Positions 45,570-55,192 of a DNA stretch of 64,000 nucleotides are shown here, one piece after another. Origin of the DNA: a virus (lineage: Duplodnaviria > Caudoviricetes); IMG/VR virus record IMGVR_UViG_3300001868_000007, positions 1 through 64,000 of that record; one strand, given 5' to 3'. The position numbers and the translations under genes are program-made. The notes beneath the pieces were generated by a model that was not told the origin of the DNA, did not search any database, and was given only the letters and a program-made list of their open reading frames with translations. Each line of letters starts with the position of its first letter. Position 1 is the stretch's first letter.

Positions 45570-46318
45570 TGGAAGCAAAGCAAAACGCAATCATATCTCG
45601 CATCAAGAAACTGATGCGACATGCAGAGTCAGCCAAACAACTTGGATCTCTCGAAGAAGCAGAAACCTTCTCAGCAAAAGTCGAGGAATTGATGATCGAG
45701 TACAATATAGAGCTCAGTCAAGTCAAACTCGAAGAGAACGAAGGAGAATTCGATAAATGGATGTATAGTGAAAAAGTGTCGTATAAAGATAATCAAGCTG
45801 GACAGAGATGGAGACTCCACTTAGTTGAAGTACTATGTGAACACAATTTCTGTAGCTATATTTGGAACTCATATTCAAAAACCTTTGAAGTGTACGGTAG
45901 AATGGAGAACGTAGATACAGTAGTTTGGATGTATAATTTTCTTTCTATTGGACTACTCAGACTTGCTCAAGAAGCTCATGTTGATCGAGGTTGGGAGAGT
46001 AAGTTAATCTACGGTGAACGTCGCTACGCTTTTTTGAAAGATTGGTTGATTGGAGCAACAGTAGGATTAGATAGGAAATTTCAAAGACAAAGAGAGGAAT
46101 CGGCTCATGCTGATCAGATCGGAGGATTGGTGTTATTCAATAAAGAAGCTTTAGCTAAGTTTTTAAAGACGCAAGATCCAAAAGTCAAAACAGTAAAAAT
46201 GAAACCAGTATATGTTGGACCAGCCTATGAAAATGGAATCAAAGCTGGTGAAAACTACAGTATTAATCCACCTCTGAAACACAAAGAGGTTAAACAGATT
46301 GGACAATGGAAACGTTAA
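45569..46318 (+). CDS. DUF2786-domain protein
   Basis: ISRIKKLM…EEAETFSAKVEELMIEYNI; C-terminal AYENGIKAG. Confidence 0.7.
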   Translation: MEAKQNAIISRIKKLMRHAESAKQLGSLEEAETFSAKVEELMIEYNIELSQVKLEENEGEFDKWMYSEKVSYKDNQAGQRWRLHLVEVLCEHNFCSYIWNSYSKTFEVYGRMENVDTVVWMYNFLSIGLLRLAQEAHVDRGWESKLIYGERRYAFLKDWLIGATVGLDRKFQRQREESAHADQIGGLVLFNKEALAKFLKTQDPKVKTVKMKPVYVGPAYENGIKAGENYSINPPLKHKEVKQIGQWKR

Positions 46319-46875
46319 AAGTTAAATTCAAAGCCATTGGATTAAGAGGTGAGTCAGTAAGATTCACTCAAAAGATCCAATGTCCAGATTTTGAAGAGTA
46401 TGAAAGCGATATTGGTCAATTTGTTGATAGTAAATTGATTCGAGATGGAATTATCAACTCAAAGATCACTATTGAAGAACAACAAGAAGAGTGGTTATCT
46501 GATTTCAACAAATGGGATATAATGATTGATAAGGATATTCAATCAATCATTAATTAGACCATCGTCAGAAAGAAGGAGAAAGTGAATTATGAAGAAATCA
46601 AATTTGAAGCTTTAAAAGTAAAGTTATTAGAAATTTGGCCAAATCAACCTGATAGAGTAGCAGATTTTCTCAGTATTTATCAAGAGATGTTTCCAAAAAT
46701 AAAAAGATTCTCTTTGATCAAAAGATTCGAGATTGTTTTACAATCGTATGTGGTTGCTGTGAAAGCTACAACGACATTCGCTGAGAGAATTACAGCAACC
46801 TTGAGAGGAGAAGGTTTAACAGAAGAGCAACAACAGAGAAGGCGAGAAATATTGCCACAATGGAAGAAAAGCTAA
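46306..46875 (+). CDS. Two small hypothetical ORFs (46306-46557, 46582-46875)
   Basis: ORF track. Confidence 0.45.
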
Positions 46876-46890
46876 TCAATAGGTACCAAA

Positions 46891-46923
46891 AGCAACAGAA
46901 GTATGTAAAGAGATAGTATCTTT
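46891..46923. promoter_or_regulatory. Inverted copy of the upstream promoter element in front of a + strand -7 box
   Basis: AGCAACAGAAGTATGTA is the reverse complement of TACATACTTCTGTTGCT; GTATCTTT follows at 46916. Confidence 0.55.
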
Positions 46924-46946
46924 ACTGTCTCAAAAATAAAACAACA

Positions 46947-47213
46947 ATGGCAAAATTAGTATTAAGTAAAAACGAACATACTGTAGAAACTCTTCTTCAG
47001 CATGTTAAAAAACAACACAATCAGAAGATGAATGGATCTCCATTTAGCAAATCTGATATTCATGACTGGGCAAACAAAGGACGAATTCCAAAAGCTTATG
47101 GTGGACAGTTCTTAAAAATTCAAAAGATCGGACCATTGAAAGTGTTAGAGCTTTCAGTTACACCTTTCATCAACAACGATGAGACAGTATTAAAAATCGA
47201 AAAAGAAAAATAA
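46947..47213 (+). CDS. Hypothetical protein, possibly DNA-binding
   Basis: DIHDWANKGRIP (HTH-like). Confidence 0.45.
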   Translation: MAKLVLSKNEHTVETLLQHVKKQHNQKMNGSPFSKSDIHDWANKGRIPKAYGGQFLKIQKIGPLKVLELSVTPFINNDETVLKIEKEK

Positions 47214-47216
47214 ATA

Positions 47217-47960
47217 GTGGCCGGATACAATAACAGTAAACCTCAAGAACCAAACTCATTCGTGGTATTTGACTTCGAGACTGGAGGATTAGATTCAAAT
47301 AAGAATCCAGCAACAGAGATCGCATTAATCGCCATAAAAGGTGACGCTTCGCTAGATGAGATTGGACGTTATCAAGAACTCATTAAACCGTATGACTATG
47401 ATCTTCAATATGAAGAGAAGGCTGCGAAAGTCTCAGGGATCACTTTTGAGCTAGTAGAGGACGAAGGTAAAGAGTTGTTCGAGGTAGTTGATAAAATAGT
47501 TGAACTGCTGAGATTAGCAAACGCTACCAACGCTCGAAATAGTCCAGGATTACGTCCAGTATTAGTTGGTCACAATGTAGGATTCGATATCAACTTCCTT
47601 CACTCCATCTTTGATTATCGCTTCAAAAACGAAAAGAAAACAAACGGACAAGATCAACTTGAATCACTGCTACACGGTCGAAGAGATCACTTTGGTAATT
47701 TCAGTCCATCATCTATCGATACTTGGTCCTTAGGTAAGATGTGGTTCGGAGGAGATCAAGAGCTACCAAATTTCCAACTTGGAACCTTAGTAGAGAAAGC
47801 TGGTGTAGAACTAAGTGACGCTCACAGAGCGATGAATGACGTTATCGCCACTACAGATCTATTGAGAACAGTAATAAGAAACTTGAGAAGCGGATATGGT
47901 CTTGGAGAAGGGTCAAACAGCTTCCGAGCAAAAAGAGAGGGATTTCAATTTCCAATTTAA
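47217..47960 (+). CDS. dnaQ: DEDDh 3'-5' exonuclease (DnaQ/epsilon-like)
   Basis: VFDFETGG, GHNVGFD, AHRAMND. Confidence 0.85.
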   Translation: MAGYNNSKPQEPNSFVVFDFETGGLDSNKNPATEIALIAIKGDASLDEIGRYQELIKPYDYDLQYEEKAAKVSGITFELVEDEGKELFEVVDKIVELLRLANATNARNSPGLRPVLVGHNVGFDINFLHSIFDYRFKNEKKTNGQDQLESLLHGRRDHFGNFSPSSIDTWSLGKMWFGGDQELPNFQLGTLVEKAGVELSDAHRAMNDVIATTDLLRTVIRNLRSGYGLGEGSNSFRAKREGFQFPI

Positions 47961-47964
47961 TAAA

Positions 47965-48480
47965 ATGAAGATTGCTAAAATATTCAGCGACGGGGCTGCA
48001 AACAATCATCTTGGAAAACCATCGATGGGATATGGAGTAGCTGTCTTTTTAGAAGGAGTCTATACTGAAGAATTATGTCGAGCAGTTCATGTCGCTGCAG
48101 AGTCAAGAGAAGAGAAATTAACAAGTAACGTCGCTGAATGGTACGCTTGCATTGAAGCTATGAAAGTAGCAGTAGGATTACGACAAGATGGTTACACAGT
48201 ATTTGCTTATTCAGACTCTCAAGTGATTGTAAACCAATTTAACGGCGATTTCTACATTAATAAACCAGAATTCAGAGAAGCATTCACAACAGCTCATCAC
48301 TATGCTCAGAAGGCAGGAGTATCGAAAATTAAATGGATTCCTCGAGAAGAGAATCAAGAAGCTGACGATCTTTCCAAACTTGGACTATACGGTGAAGATT
48401 GGAGAAACAGAAAGAAGAATAAAAGAAAAGCAAAGATTGACCTTCAAAACACAGACGACTGTTGCTTAGTAAAAGTTTAA
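47965..48480 (+). CDS. rnhA: Ribonuclease HI
   Basis: FSDGAA, NVAEW, SDSQ, WIPREENQEAD. Confidence 0.88.
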   Translation: MKIAKIFSDGAANNHLGKPSMGYGVAVFLEGVYTEELCRAVHVAAESREEKLTSNVAEWYACIEAMKVAVGLRQDGYTVFAYSDSQVIVNQFNGDFYINKPEFREAFTTAHHYAQKAGVSKIKWIPREENQEADDLSKLGLYGEDWRNRKKNKRKAKIDLQNTDDCCLVKV

Positions 48481-48591
48481 AGTCTACTTTTCCAATCCAA
48501 AGTTAAAAGAAACATGATTTAAAACAACATCAGTAATTCAAAATCAATCAAAGTATGAAAAAGAATTGGTAATTAGTGAATGATTTTCAGA

Positions 48592-48628
48592 ACGGTCGGA
48601 CCAGTAATCGAAAGATTTATCCGACCGT
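48592..48628 (+). promoter_or_regulatory. GC-rich hairpin in the leader of the morphogenesis operon
   Basis: ACGGTCGGA…AATC-gaaa-GATT…TCCGACCGT; no T-tail. Confidence 0.4.
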
Positions 48629-48658
48629 AATTTTAAATTCAAATCAATAAATTGCAAA

Positions 48659-49042
48659 ATGGCAGATCAAGAAATTCCAAACCTCACAGACGAGGAAGTA
48701 GTAAAAGCTTACATAAGCAATCCCAAGAACAAAGAGATGCATATAGCGATGGCTTATACTCTTAAAGAAGCTTTCAAAGATAAATGGTTTCGAGTAAAAG
48801 AAATCAATCAAAAGACAGGAGTTAAGAGTTCTCAAGAAGCAGCTCGAATGATGGTTGGACTTCAATTATTTGGATTATGTACATCAAGAGAATACAAAGG
48901 AGAAGCTCAATTCAAAATCACTCTCACTATTGAGGAAAAATTGAAGGTCCTGGAGGGATACAAGCAAAATCACATCAAACAGATTGAGTTACTTGATCAA
49001 GAGATCGAAAAATTGAAATCGGAAGTAGAAATCGAAAAATAA
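48659..49042 (+). CDS. Hypothetical protein (wHTH-like plus coiled coil)
   Basis: ORF track. Confidence 0.5.
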   Translation: MADQEIPNLTDEEVVKAYISNPKNKEMHIAMAYTLKEAFKDKWFRVKEINQKTGVKSSQEAARMMVGLQLFGLCTSREYKGEAQFKITLTIEEKLKVLEGYKQNHIKQIELLDQEIEKLKSEVEIEK

Positions 49043-49071
49043 TTTCTTACCTTTACGAAAATTTATCGACT

Positions 49072-50658
49072 TTGGCAAAGCAATCATCAACCCTAGACAG
49101 TGTACTTCTACAAGAACAAAAGCTTCAAATCGAGAAGACTTTAGCTCTTGAAAAAGCGTTCAAATCAAACGATGTGAACGAAATAATGAAGGCTCAACAA
49201 TATCTTAAAGGAATAGAGAAGAGAGAGGATATCGATTTCAAATCGATTATCGTCGATCCTCTCGACATGACCACTGCTTTAGGATATAAGCAAAAGCCAT
49301 ATAATCTTAGCTTTGATGTGTTAAGAGGAATGGGAAGAACTCCAATTGTGAAGGCGATAGTTGAGACCAGAAAAGAACAAATAATGTCTTTCTGTGAGCC
49401 TCAATCAAACAAATATGCTACTGGATTCGTTATCTCAAAAAAGAAAGGATATAGAGTTCAACAAGATCAAGAAGTCAAACTGACTAAAGCTGAAGAAGCT
49501 AAAGTTGACGAGCTCTACTCATTTATAATGAATTGTGGAGCGACTGGGAACTACTGGTCACAAGATTCATTCGATGTTTGGGTAAATAAGATCATGGGAG
49601 ACTCACTTATCCTTGACCAAACCACATCGGAGATTATTCGCAACAGACGTGGAGTTCCAGTGAATTTCTTTGCAACAGATGGAGCTACTTATCGCATTGC
49701 TGATTCTTACGAACAAGATGATTATACAAAGGGAGAAAAAGAAATCTCAGGCTACACTCCATCATACGTTCAAATCTACCAAAGCAAAGTTTTAGCAGAA
49801 TTCTATCCTTGGGAACTTATGTTTGGAGTTCGCAATCCTCAAACCGACATTCGATTAAATGGATACGGTAAGAGTGAACTTGAAGATATGATTCAGACTG
49901 TTACTGCACTCTTAAACGCTGATTTCTACAACGCAAACTTCTTTAAAGTAGGATCCGCTCCAAAAGGAATACTTCGTTATTCTGGCAATATAAATCCGAA
50001 TACAGTCGAAGACTTCAAGCGTCAATGGGTAGCTCAAGTAGCTGGTGTACAGAATATGCACAAAATTCCGATGATCAACGCAGATAAGTTGGATTTCATC
50101 AATACTCAACAATCAAATAAAGATATGGAGTGGTCTAGATATCAAGAGTTCTTGATAAAGATTACTTGCGCCATGTACAAGATTGATCCATCAGAGATTG
50201 GTTTTCCAATGTCAGGATCAGCAGAGTCACACCCAATGTTTGAAGGCAACAATGAAGCTCGACTACAGTATTCAAAGGACAAAGGATTAAAACCTCTTCT
50301 GAAGAGATTACAATTTTGGATTAATAAATATCTAATTTCTCAAATAGATCCTGCTTATGAATTCAGATTTGTTGGTATAGAAGGAGAGGTAGATGCTAAC
50401 ACAGAGCTCGATAACGATATTAAAGGACTACAGAACTTTTCTACATTGAATGAGATTCGTGCAAAACGAAACTTACCGTTGCTTCCAAATGGAGATGTAC
50501 CATTAAATCCAATGTATATTCAACTTATGATGTCATCTATGGAAGGTGGAGAAGAAGGAGGAGGTCAACAACAGGAAGAAGATACTCAGAAAGCTGAAGA
50601 AAATAATCCGATAATGAAAGCTTTAGAGAACGATTTAGAAAAACTTTTATGTGAATAA
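49072..50658 (+). CDS. Portal protein
   Basis: YGKSELE…NANFFK.GSAPKGIL…KDMEW…YKIDPSEIGF (HK97/SPO1-like portal). Confidence 0.9.
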   Translation: MAKQSSTLDSVLLQEQKLQIEKTLALEKAFKSNDVNEIMKAQQYLKGIEKREDIDFKSIIVDPLDMTTALGYKQKPYNLSFDVLRGMGRTPIVKAIVETRKEQIMSFCEPQSNKYATGFVISKKKGYRVQQDQEVKLTKAEEAKVDELYSFIMNCGATGNYWSQDSFDVWVNKIMGDSLILDQTTSEIIRNRRGVPVNFFATDGATYRIADSYEQDDYTKGEKEISGYTPSYVQIYQSKVLAEFYPWELMFGVRNPQTDIRLNGYGKSELEDMIQTVTALLNADFYNANFFKVGSAPKGILRYSGNINPNTVEDFKRQWVAQVAGVQNMHKIPMINADKLDFINTQQSNKDMEWSRYQEFLIKITCAMYKIDPSEIGFPMSGSAESHPMFEGNNEARLQYSKDKGLKPLLKRLQFWINKYLISQIDPAYEFRFVGIEGEVDANTELDNDIKGLQNFSTLNEIRAKRNLPLLPNGDVPLNPMYIQLMMSSMEGGEEGGGQQQEEDTQKAEENNPIMKALENDLEKLLCE

Positions 50659-50660
50659 TT

Positions 50661-50900
50661 ATGGAAACAGCAAAATCAAAATTTGGAACATTAAAAACAT
50701 TTGACTTCTGGAAAGGACTAATCGTTGCTATTTTAACAGCAGGCATCACTTCTTTAGAAAGCGTTATTAGTTCAGCGACAGACTTTGTTTCTTTCAATTG
50801 GCAAGGTGTTGTATTAGCTGCAGCAGGAGCATTCGTTGCTTATATTATTAAACAATTCATTACGAATTCAGACGGACAGATTCTTAAAAAAGAAAATTGA
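50661..50900 (+). CDS. Holin-like membrane protein
   Basis: DFWKGLIVAIL…FNW…AYIIKQFITNS.GQ two-TM pattern. Confidence 0.6.
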   Translation: METAKSKFGTLKTFDFWKGLIVAILTAGITSLESVISSATDFVSFNWQGVVLAAAGAFVAYIIKQFITNSDGQILKKEN

Positions 50901-51592
50901 TCATGGGAAAAATAAAAGAATTTTTGAGTAAGAATTGGTTTCCAGTCATTTTAGTTAGTATATTAGTTTCTCTCGCCTTGTTCAATGCAATAGACAATCA
51001 TCGATCAAACAAAGCAAAACAACTTGTAGAACAAACGCAAATCGATCAATGGTGGCATCATTATAAAGATTCTATCGATTTATCTTATTTGAAGATAGAT
51101 AATATAAAAATTGATAGCATAAAGAGAGTAGATTCGATCAAAACTGAATTTCATAAGAAAAGAGCCGACGGTCTTCAGGTAGTAGTTAATAGACAAGACA
51201 AAACAATCAAAAAACTACAAGGAGAAGCGAATAATGCTGTAAGTGACTATCAAAGCGATACTACAGTTCATTCTGAGAAATGTGATTCTGCTATCTCAAA
51301 ACTACAACAAGTTAACGATTCACTCTACACTCAGACAGACTCTTTGAAAACAGAATGCAAAGATTTGAATCAAGAGGCAGAAGGATACAGTAGACAATTA
51401 TATGAGTCTAATCTTCAACTCATGAATAAGCAAAAAGAAATCTTTATAAAAGATGACGCTATATTAGAGAGCGAGAGGATTAGTAAGCAGCTTAGAGATC
51501 AAATTAAAAAAGATAATAATTGGTGGCGTCGAAATGAGAAATGGCTCTATTTGGGTGCTGGAGTGGTAGCAACTGGATTAATTCTCAAATAA
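50897..51592 (+). CDS. Spanin-like membrane-anchored coiled-coil protein
   Basis: N-terminal TM, long coiled coil, C-terminal WW…hydrophobic tail. Confidence 0.45.
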   Translation: MIMGKIKEFLSKNWFPVILVSILVSLALFNAIDNHRSNKAKQLVEQTQIDQWWHHYKDSIDLSYLKIDNIKIDSIKRVDSIKTEFHKKRADGLQVVVNRQDKTIKKLQGEANNAVSDYQSDTTVHSEKCDSAISKLQQVNDSLYTQTDSLKTECKDLNQEAEGYSRQLYESNLQLMNKQKEIFIKDDAILESERISKQLRDQIKKDNNWWRRNEKWLYLGAGVVATGLILK

Positions 51593-51831
51593 TGCTTAAC
51601 AAAGATGGCGACATAGTAGTTGGTAAATTTTTAGCGACACCTCAGAAGAATGGCACATTTCTCTATAAAGCGAATAATGTACCTACTTCTTTCTCAGTAG
51701 TTAAACCAATTCATAAAGAGAAACCTCAATATCCCTTAATAGAGCAATACGAAAACGTTGCAAAAGAGAGATATAAAGAGGAGCTTTCCACTACAGTTTT
51801 AGATATAGTAAAATTCCTCAAAACAATATAA
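51592..51831 (+). CDS. Small hypothetical protein
   Basis: In frame with track ORF 51541; ATG 51592 is coupled to the previous stop. Confidence 0.45.
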   Translation: MLNKDGDIVVGKFLATPQKNGTFLYKANNVPTSFSVVKPIHKEKPQYPLIEQYENVAKERYKEELSTTVLDIVKFLKTI

Positions 51832-51834
51832 TTT

Positions 51835-52578
51835 ATGCCTAACTTCGAAGAAATTCAAAAAGCTAGAATACTCAATTCTTTCAATATTGACGAGGGATTA
51901 AGTGAACTCACCAAAGCCGAAATTCTTGATATTGAAAAAGGAGGGAAGCGTGCATTAATCGGGGAGAAACGTACCTTTGCAGGAAGGGAATACATCAAAA
52001 CTACAGACGGTTGGAAGTTTCATGGGAAAGGAACTGGAGCTAAAGCACAATCTCACATTGCTGGCGCATTAGAGCATCATGTTGGAGAGAAGAAAGAGAG
52101 TGAAGAAGTTGGTTCTACACAAGCGGATTATGGTACATATTTAGATAGATCTAAAGTAACGAAAGAGGATGTTGAGAAATTCGATAACTCTTTGTCAGAA
52201 GAAGATCGAAATCTTATTGAAGTAGCTATGAAGGATTATCGAACTCAAGGAGGAGTTTTCCATTCTCCTGGAGACATATTAGCTTTTAAAAAGAAAACTT
52301 TACAAAAAGAATCTACATCTACTCACAAAGATGAAGATTCAAAGGAATCTCACGAAAAGAGAGGTTTTAAAGAAGAGTCGGGAGATGAAGATATAACTAG
52401 TAAAAGTGAAATTGTTACCGATTCTTCTGAAAAACAACGACTCAGAAACGGGATAAGAGAGGGTGAAATGATTCTTCAATCTAAGAGATCAGCTACCGGA
52501 AGAAAAATGCATGAAGATGAATTAGGTGCAGTTAGAAGATCTGTTGAAAACTCAAAAAAGAAGTTAGGTGAAAAATAA
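51835..52578 (+). CDS. Putative capsid-internal protein (motif family B)
   Basis: EIQKARIL leader; KGGKRALIGEKRTFAGREYIKTTDGWKFHGKGTG. Confidence 0.5.
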   Translation: MPNFEEIQKARILNSFNIDEGLSELTKAEILDIEKGGKRALIGEKRTFAGREYIKTTDGWKFHGKGTGAKAQSHIAGALEHHVGEKKESEEVGSTQADYGTYLDRSKVTKEDVEKFDNSLSEEDRNLIEVAMKDYRTQGGVFHSPGDILAFKKKTLQKESTSTHKDEDSKESHEKRGFKEESGDEDITSKSEIVTDSSEKQRLRNGIREGEMILQSKRSATGRKMHEDELGAVRRSVENSKKKLGEK

Positions 52579-52637
52579 AGAAGAATAAACAATCGCAACA
52601 AACAAATCGAAAAACTTAATCTTCAATTATTGAAATA

Positions 52638-52925
52638 ATGGTAAAGAAAGTGTCGAGTTGGTTTGGTGAAAACCAAATAATAGTCGGATCAATAATCACT
52701 TTATTGATATATGGGATCGGTCTTTACATTGCAGTAAGCGATAAAGTTTCAGCAAACACAACCAAAGACGCTGTCTATCAAGAAAAAGTTGATCAGCACG
52801 ATAAACGAATCAACAGTATCGAAGCTACACTCAAAGATATCAATGACGCTGTTAATCGTATCGATAAGAATGTAGTTGAGATTAAGACAGAGGTAAAGTA
52901 TAAAAAGGATAAAGGAGATAAATAA
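52638..52925 (+). CDS. Holin/anti-holin-like TM plus coiled-coil protein
   Basis: Single TM, coupled to the endolysin. Confidence 0.5.
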   Translation: MVKKVSSWFGENQIIVGSIITLLIYGIGLYIAVSDKVSANTTKDAVYQEKVDQHDKRINSIEATLKDINDAVNRIDKNVVEIKTEVKYKKDKGDK

Positions 52926-53563
52926 TGAGGTTAATCAAAGATTTTCAAACGAAATACGGATTAGTCCCTGACGGACAAATTGGTAAGAAAACTCTTTTGA
53001 AAATCAAAGAGGTTCTGTTAATTCCAACCATCGAAGCATTATCTCATTATATGGGACAATGTGATCATGAAAGTATGACTTTCACTCAGTTAGTAGAGAA
53101 TCTTAATTATTCATCTCAAGGATTACTTGGAACCTTTGGTAAGTATTTCGACGATAAAACAGCTCCACTCTATCAACGCAATCCTGAAAAGATAGCAAAT
53201 AGAGTTTACGCTAATCGAATGGGGAACGGTAACGAAATGAGCGGAGACGGATGGAGACATCGAGGTTTTGGTCCGATTCAATTAACTGGAAAAACAAATC
53301 AAGATGCGTTTGCAAAAAAGATTAGCGATCCACTTATAGTTGATAATCCCTCTTTAATTGCAGCCAAATATGCTTTTGAATCAGCTAAATTTTTCTTTGA
53401 TGATAGGAGTTTATGGAGTTATTGTAAAAAAGTAGATGTTGCTTCGATCACTAAAGTATCTAAACTAATCAATCAAGGGAATTTGAAAGCAAAAGGAGAT
53501 CCAAATGGACTTCAAGAACGTATTGAGAAAACAAATCATTATTATAAAATTCTAACAACATAA
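52925..53563 (+). CDS. Endolysin, glycoside hydrolase family 19 with an N-terminal PG-binding motif
   Basis: FQTKYGLVPDGQIGKKT; QCDHES, ENLNYS, YANRMGNG, RGFGPIQLTGK. Confidence 0.9.
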   Translation: MRLIKDFQTKYGLVPDGQIGKKTLLKIKEVLLIPTIEALSHYMGQCDHESMTFTQLVENLNYSSQGLLGTFGKYFDDKTAPLYQRNPEKIANRVYANRMGNGNEMSGDGWRHRGFGPIQLTGKTNQDAFAKKISDPLIVDNPSLIAAKYAFESAKFFFDDRSLWSYCKKVDVASITKVSKLINQGNLKAKGDPNGLQERIEKTNHYYKILTT

Positions 53564-53568
53564 CGAAT

Positions 53569-53898
53569 ATGAAATCATTAATTTTTACAAACGGAGCAAA
53601 CATTCGTGTTGAATATGTAGTTGATCAATTAGGAACCAACACAGGCAACATCACAGTAATGGAAATCAAAGGTTTGGATACAGCAGAAGAAGCTTTATTC
53701 CAGGGTTTTCAAAAACTTCCAACAAATCTTGCAGCCTTCAAAGCGTTCGCTACAGCGAATCACATGCAACTGACAGAAGCTGATCAAGATGCTTCAACAT
53801 CGTTGATTAATGCTACCACAACGACAACCACTGCAGCTCCAACTACTACGACCACGACTGCCGCTCCTACAACTACTACAACAACTACTGCCGGATAA
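53569..53898 (+). CDS. Small protein with a C-terminal (T6AAP)n repeat
   Basis: ATTTTTTAAPTTTTTTAAPTTTTTTTAG. Confidence 0.6.
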   Translation: MKSLIFTNGANIRVEYVVDQLGTNTGNITVMEIKGLDTAEEALFQGFQKLPTNLAAFKAFATANHMQLTEADQDASTSLINATTTTTTAAPTTTTTTAAPTTTTTTTAG

Positions 53899-53901
53899 TA
53901 A

Positions 53902-54843
53902 ATGTTTCAGCTCACGCCAGAAAATACGAACGAACTCCTTAACATCATTGATCGCAATCAATGCGTAATGGTAGCTAAGGAATTTGGACCCAACTTTTTA
54001 ACGGAGTATGATAAATCACTTCTAAGCGATTATGGAGTGAAAGTAGATGAATTATACCAATTAGAGAACGATACTGTATTCTCGAGCTTCCATTTCGGCT
54101 TATTAAGCGATTCATTGGAAGCGATAAGATCTGTTAGCAAAGTAACATATGACGATCTTAAAGAATACATCAAAGGTGGAAATTATATTCCACTAACTGA
54201 ACAAGAGAAAGCGACCATTAATCACATCAAAACTCAAAACCTAAGTTCATTGAAAGGGTTAGGGGGGAAGATTTTCCAAGATGTGAATGGGATACTCGAC
54301 GACAACTCAAGAACAGCTCAAGAAGAATTCTTGAAGAGAGAAGTAGTTGAAGGAACACTGAAGAAACAAACAATTCGACAAATTGCTAATGAGATAGCAA
54401 GTAAAACAGGAGACTGGAGTCGAAATTTTGATCGTATAGTTGAATATATGTCACAATCAGCATTTGAGAGTGGTAAAGCTGCAGCGATTGAAAGACAAGT
54501 AAGTGGTGATCCTCTTGTATTTAAGCGAGTTTTCAATGGTGCTTGTAAAAATTGTATCAGACTATACCTTACAAAAGGATTAGGTAGTGAGCCGAGAATC
54601 TTCAAGTTAAGTGAACTAAAAGCGAACGGAGATAATATCGGAAGAAAAACTGCAGATTGGAAGGCTACTCTAGGAAGTTTGCACCCATTTTGCAGATGTT
54701 CACTTCACCACAAAACTCCAGGATACGCTTTTGATCCAAAAACGAACAACTTCAGTATCTACGATGAAAAAGAAAGACCGCAACTTAAAAGAGCTCGTGA
54801 AAAAATAAAAGCGATAATAGGTGGAGTTGAGGTCTGGGTATAA
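53902..54843 (+). CDS. MuF/SPP1 gp7-like minor head protein
   Basis: RNFDRIV…ACKNC…LHPFCRC. Confidence 0.75.
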   Translation: MFQLTPENTNELLNIIDRNQCVMVAKEFGPNFLTEYDKSLLSDYGVKVDELYQLENDTVFSSFHFGLLSDSLEAIRSVSKVTYDDLKEYIKGGNYIPLTEQEKATINHIKTQNLSSLKGLGGKIFQDVNGILDDNSRTAQEEFLKREVVEGTLKKQTIRQIANEIASKTGDWSRNFDRIVEYMSQSAFESGKAAAIERQVSGDPLVFKRVFNGACKNCIRLYLTKGLGSEPRIFKLSELKANGDNIGRKTADWKATLGSLHPFCRCSLHHKTPGYAFDPKTNNFSIYDEKERPQLKRAREKIKAIIGGVEVWV

Positions 54844-54865
54844 TTAATTGAACTATCTTTAGAAA

Positions 54866-55192
54866 ATGAAGCTAATCATATTCACAAGACAAGATAATAT
54901 TGAAGTCAAATTTAAAACCTCTATTAAAGATGTTAATAATTTGGATGAGAATTTTGTGATTAGTGATATCAAACTCAACACATATCTTGAACAAAGTCTT
55001 TTTTATAGTTTCGATAAGAAACAGTGGACTTTGAATGAGATGTTGTTTTTCGCAGCAAACAATTTAATGTTAGTTGAGATTTATGATGAAATAGGAATAA
55101 CTTTATTAAAAACGTATGATTGTACTTCAGGAACAGTACCCACAACAACTACCACTACTACAATTTCTACAACTACAACAACCACAGTATAA
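54866..55192 (+). CDS. Small protein with a Thr-run C-terminus
   Basis: PTTTTTTTISTTTTTTV. Confidence 0.55.
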   Translation: MKLIIFTRQDNIEVKFKTSIKDVNNLDENFVISDIKLNTYLEQSLFYSFDKKQWTLNEMLFFAANNLMLVEIYDEIGITLLKTYDCTSGTVPTTTTTTTISTTTTTTV

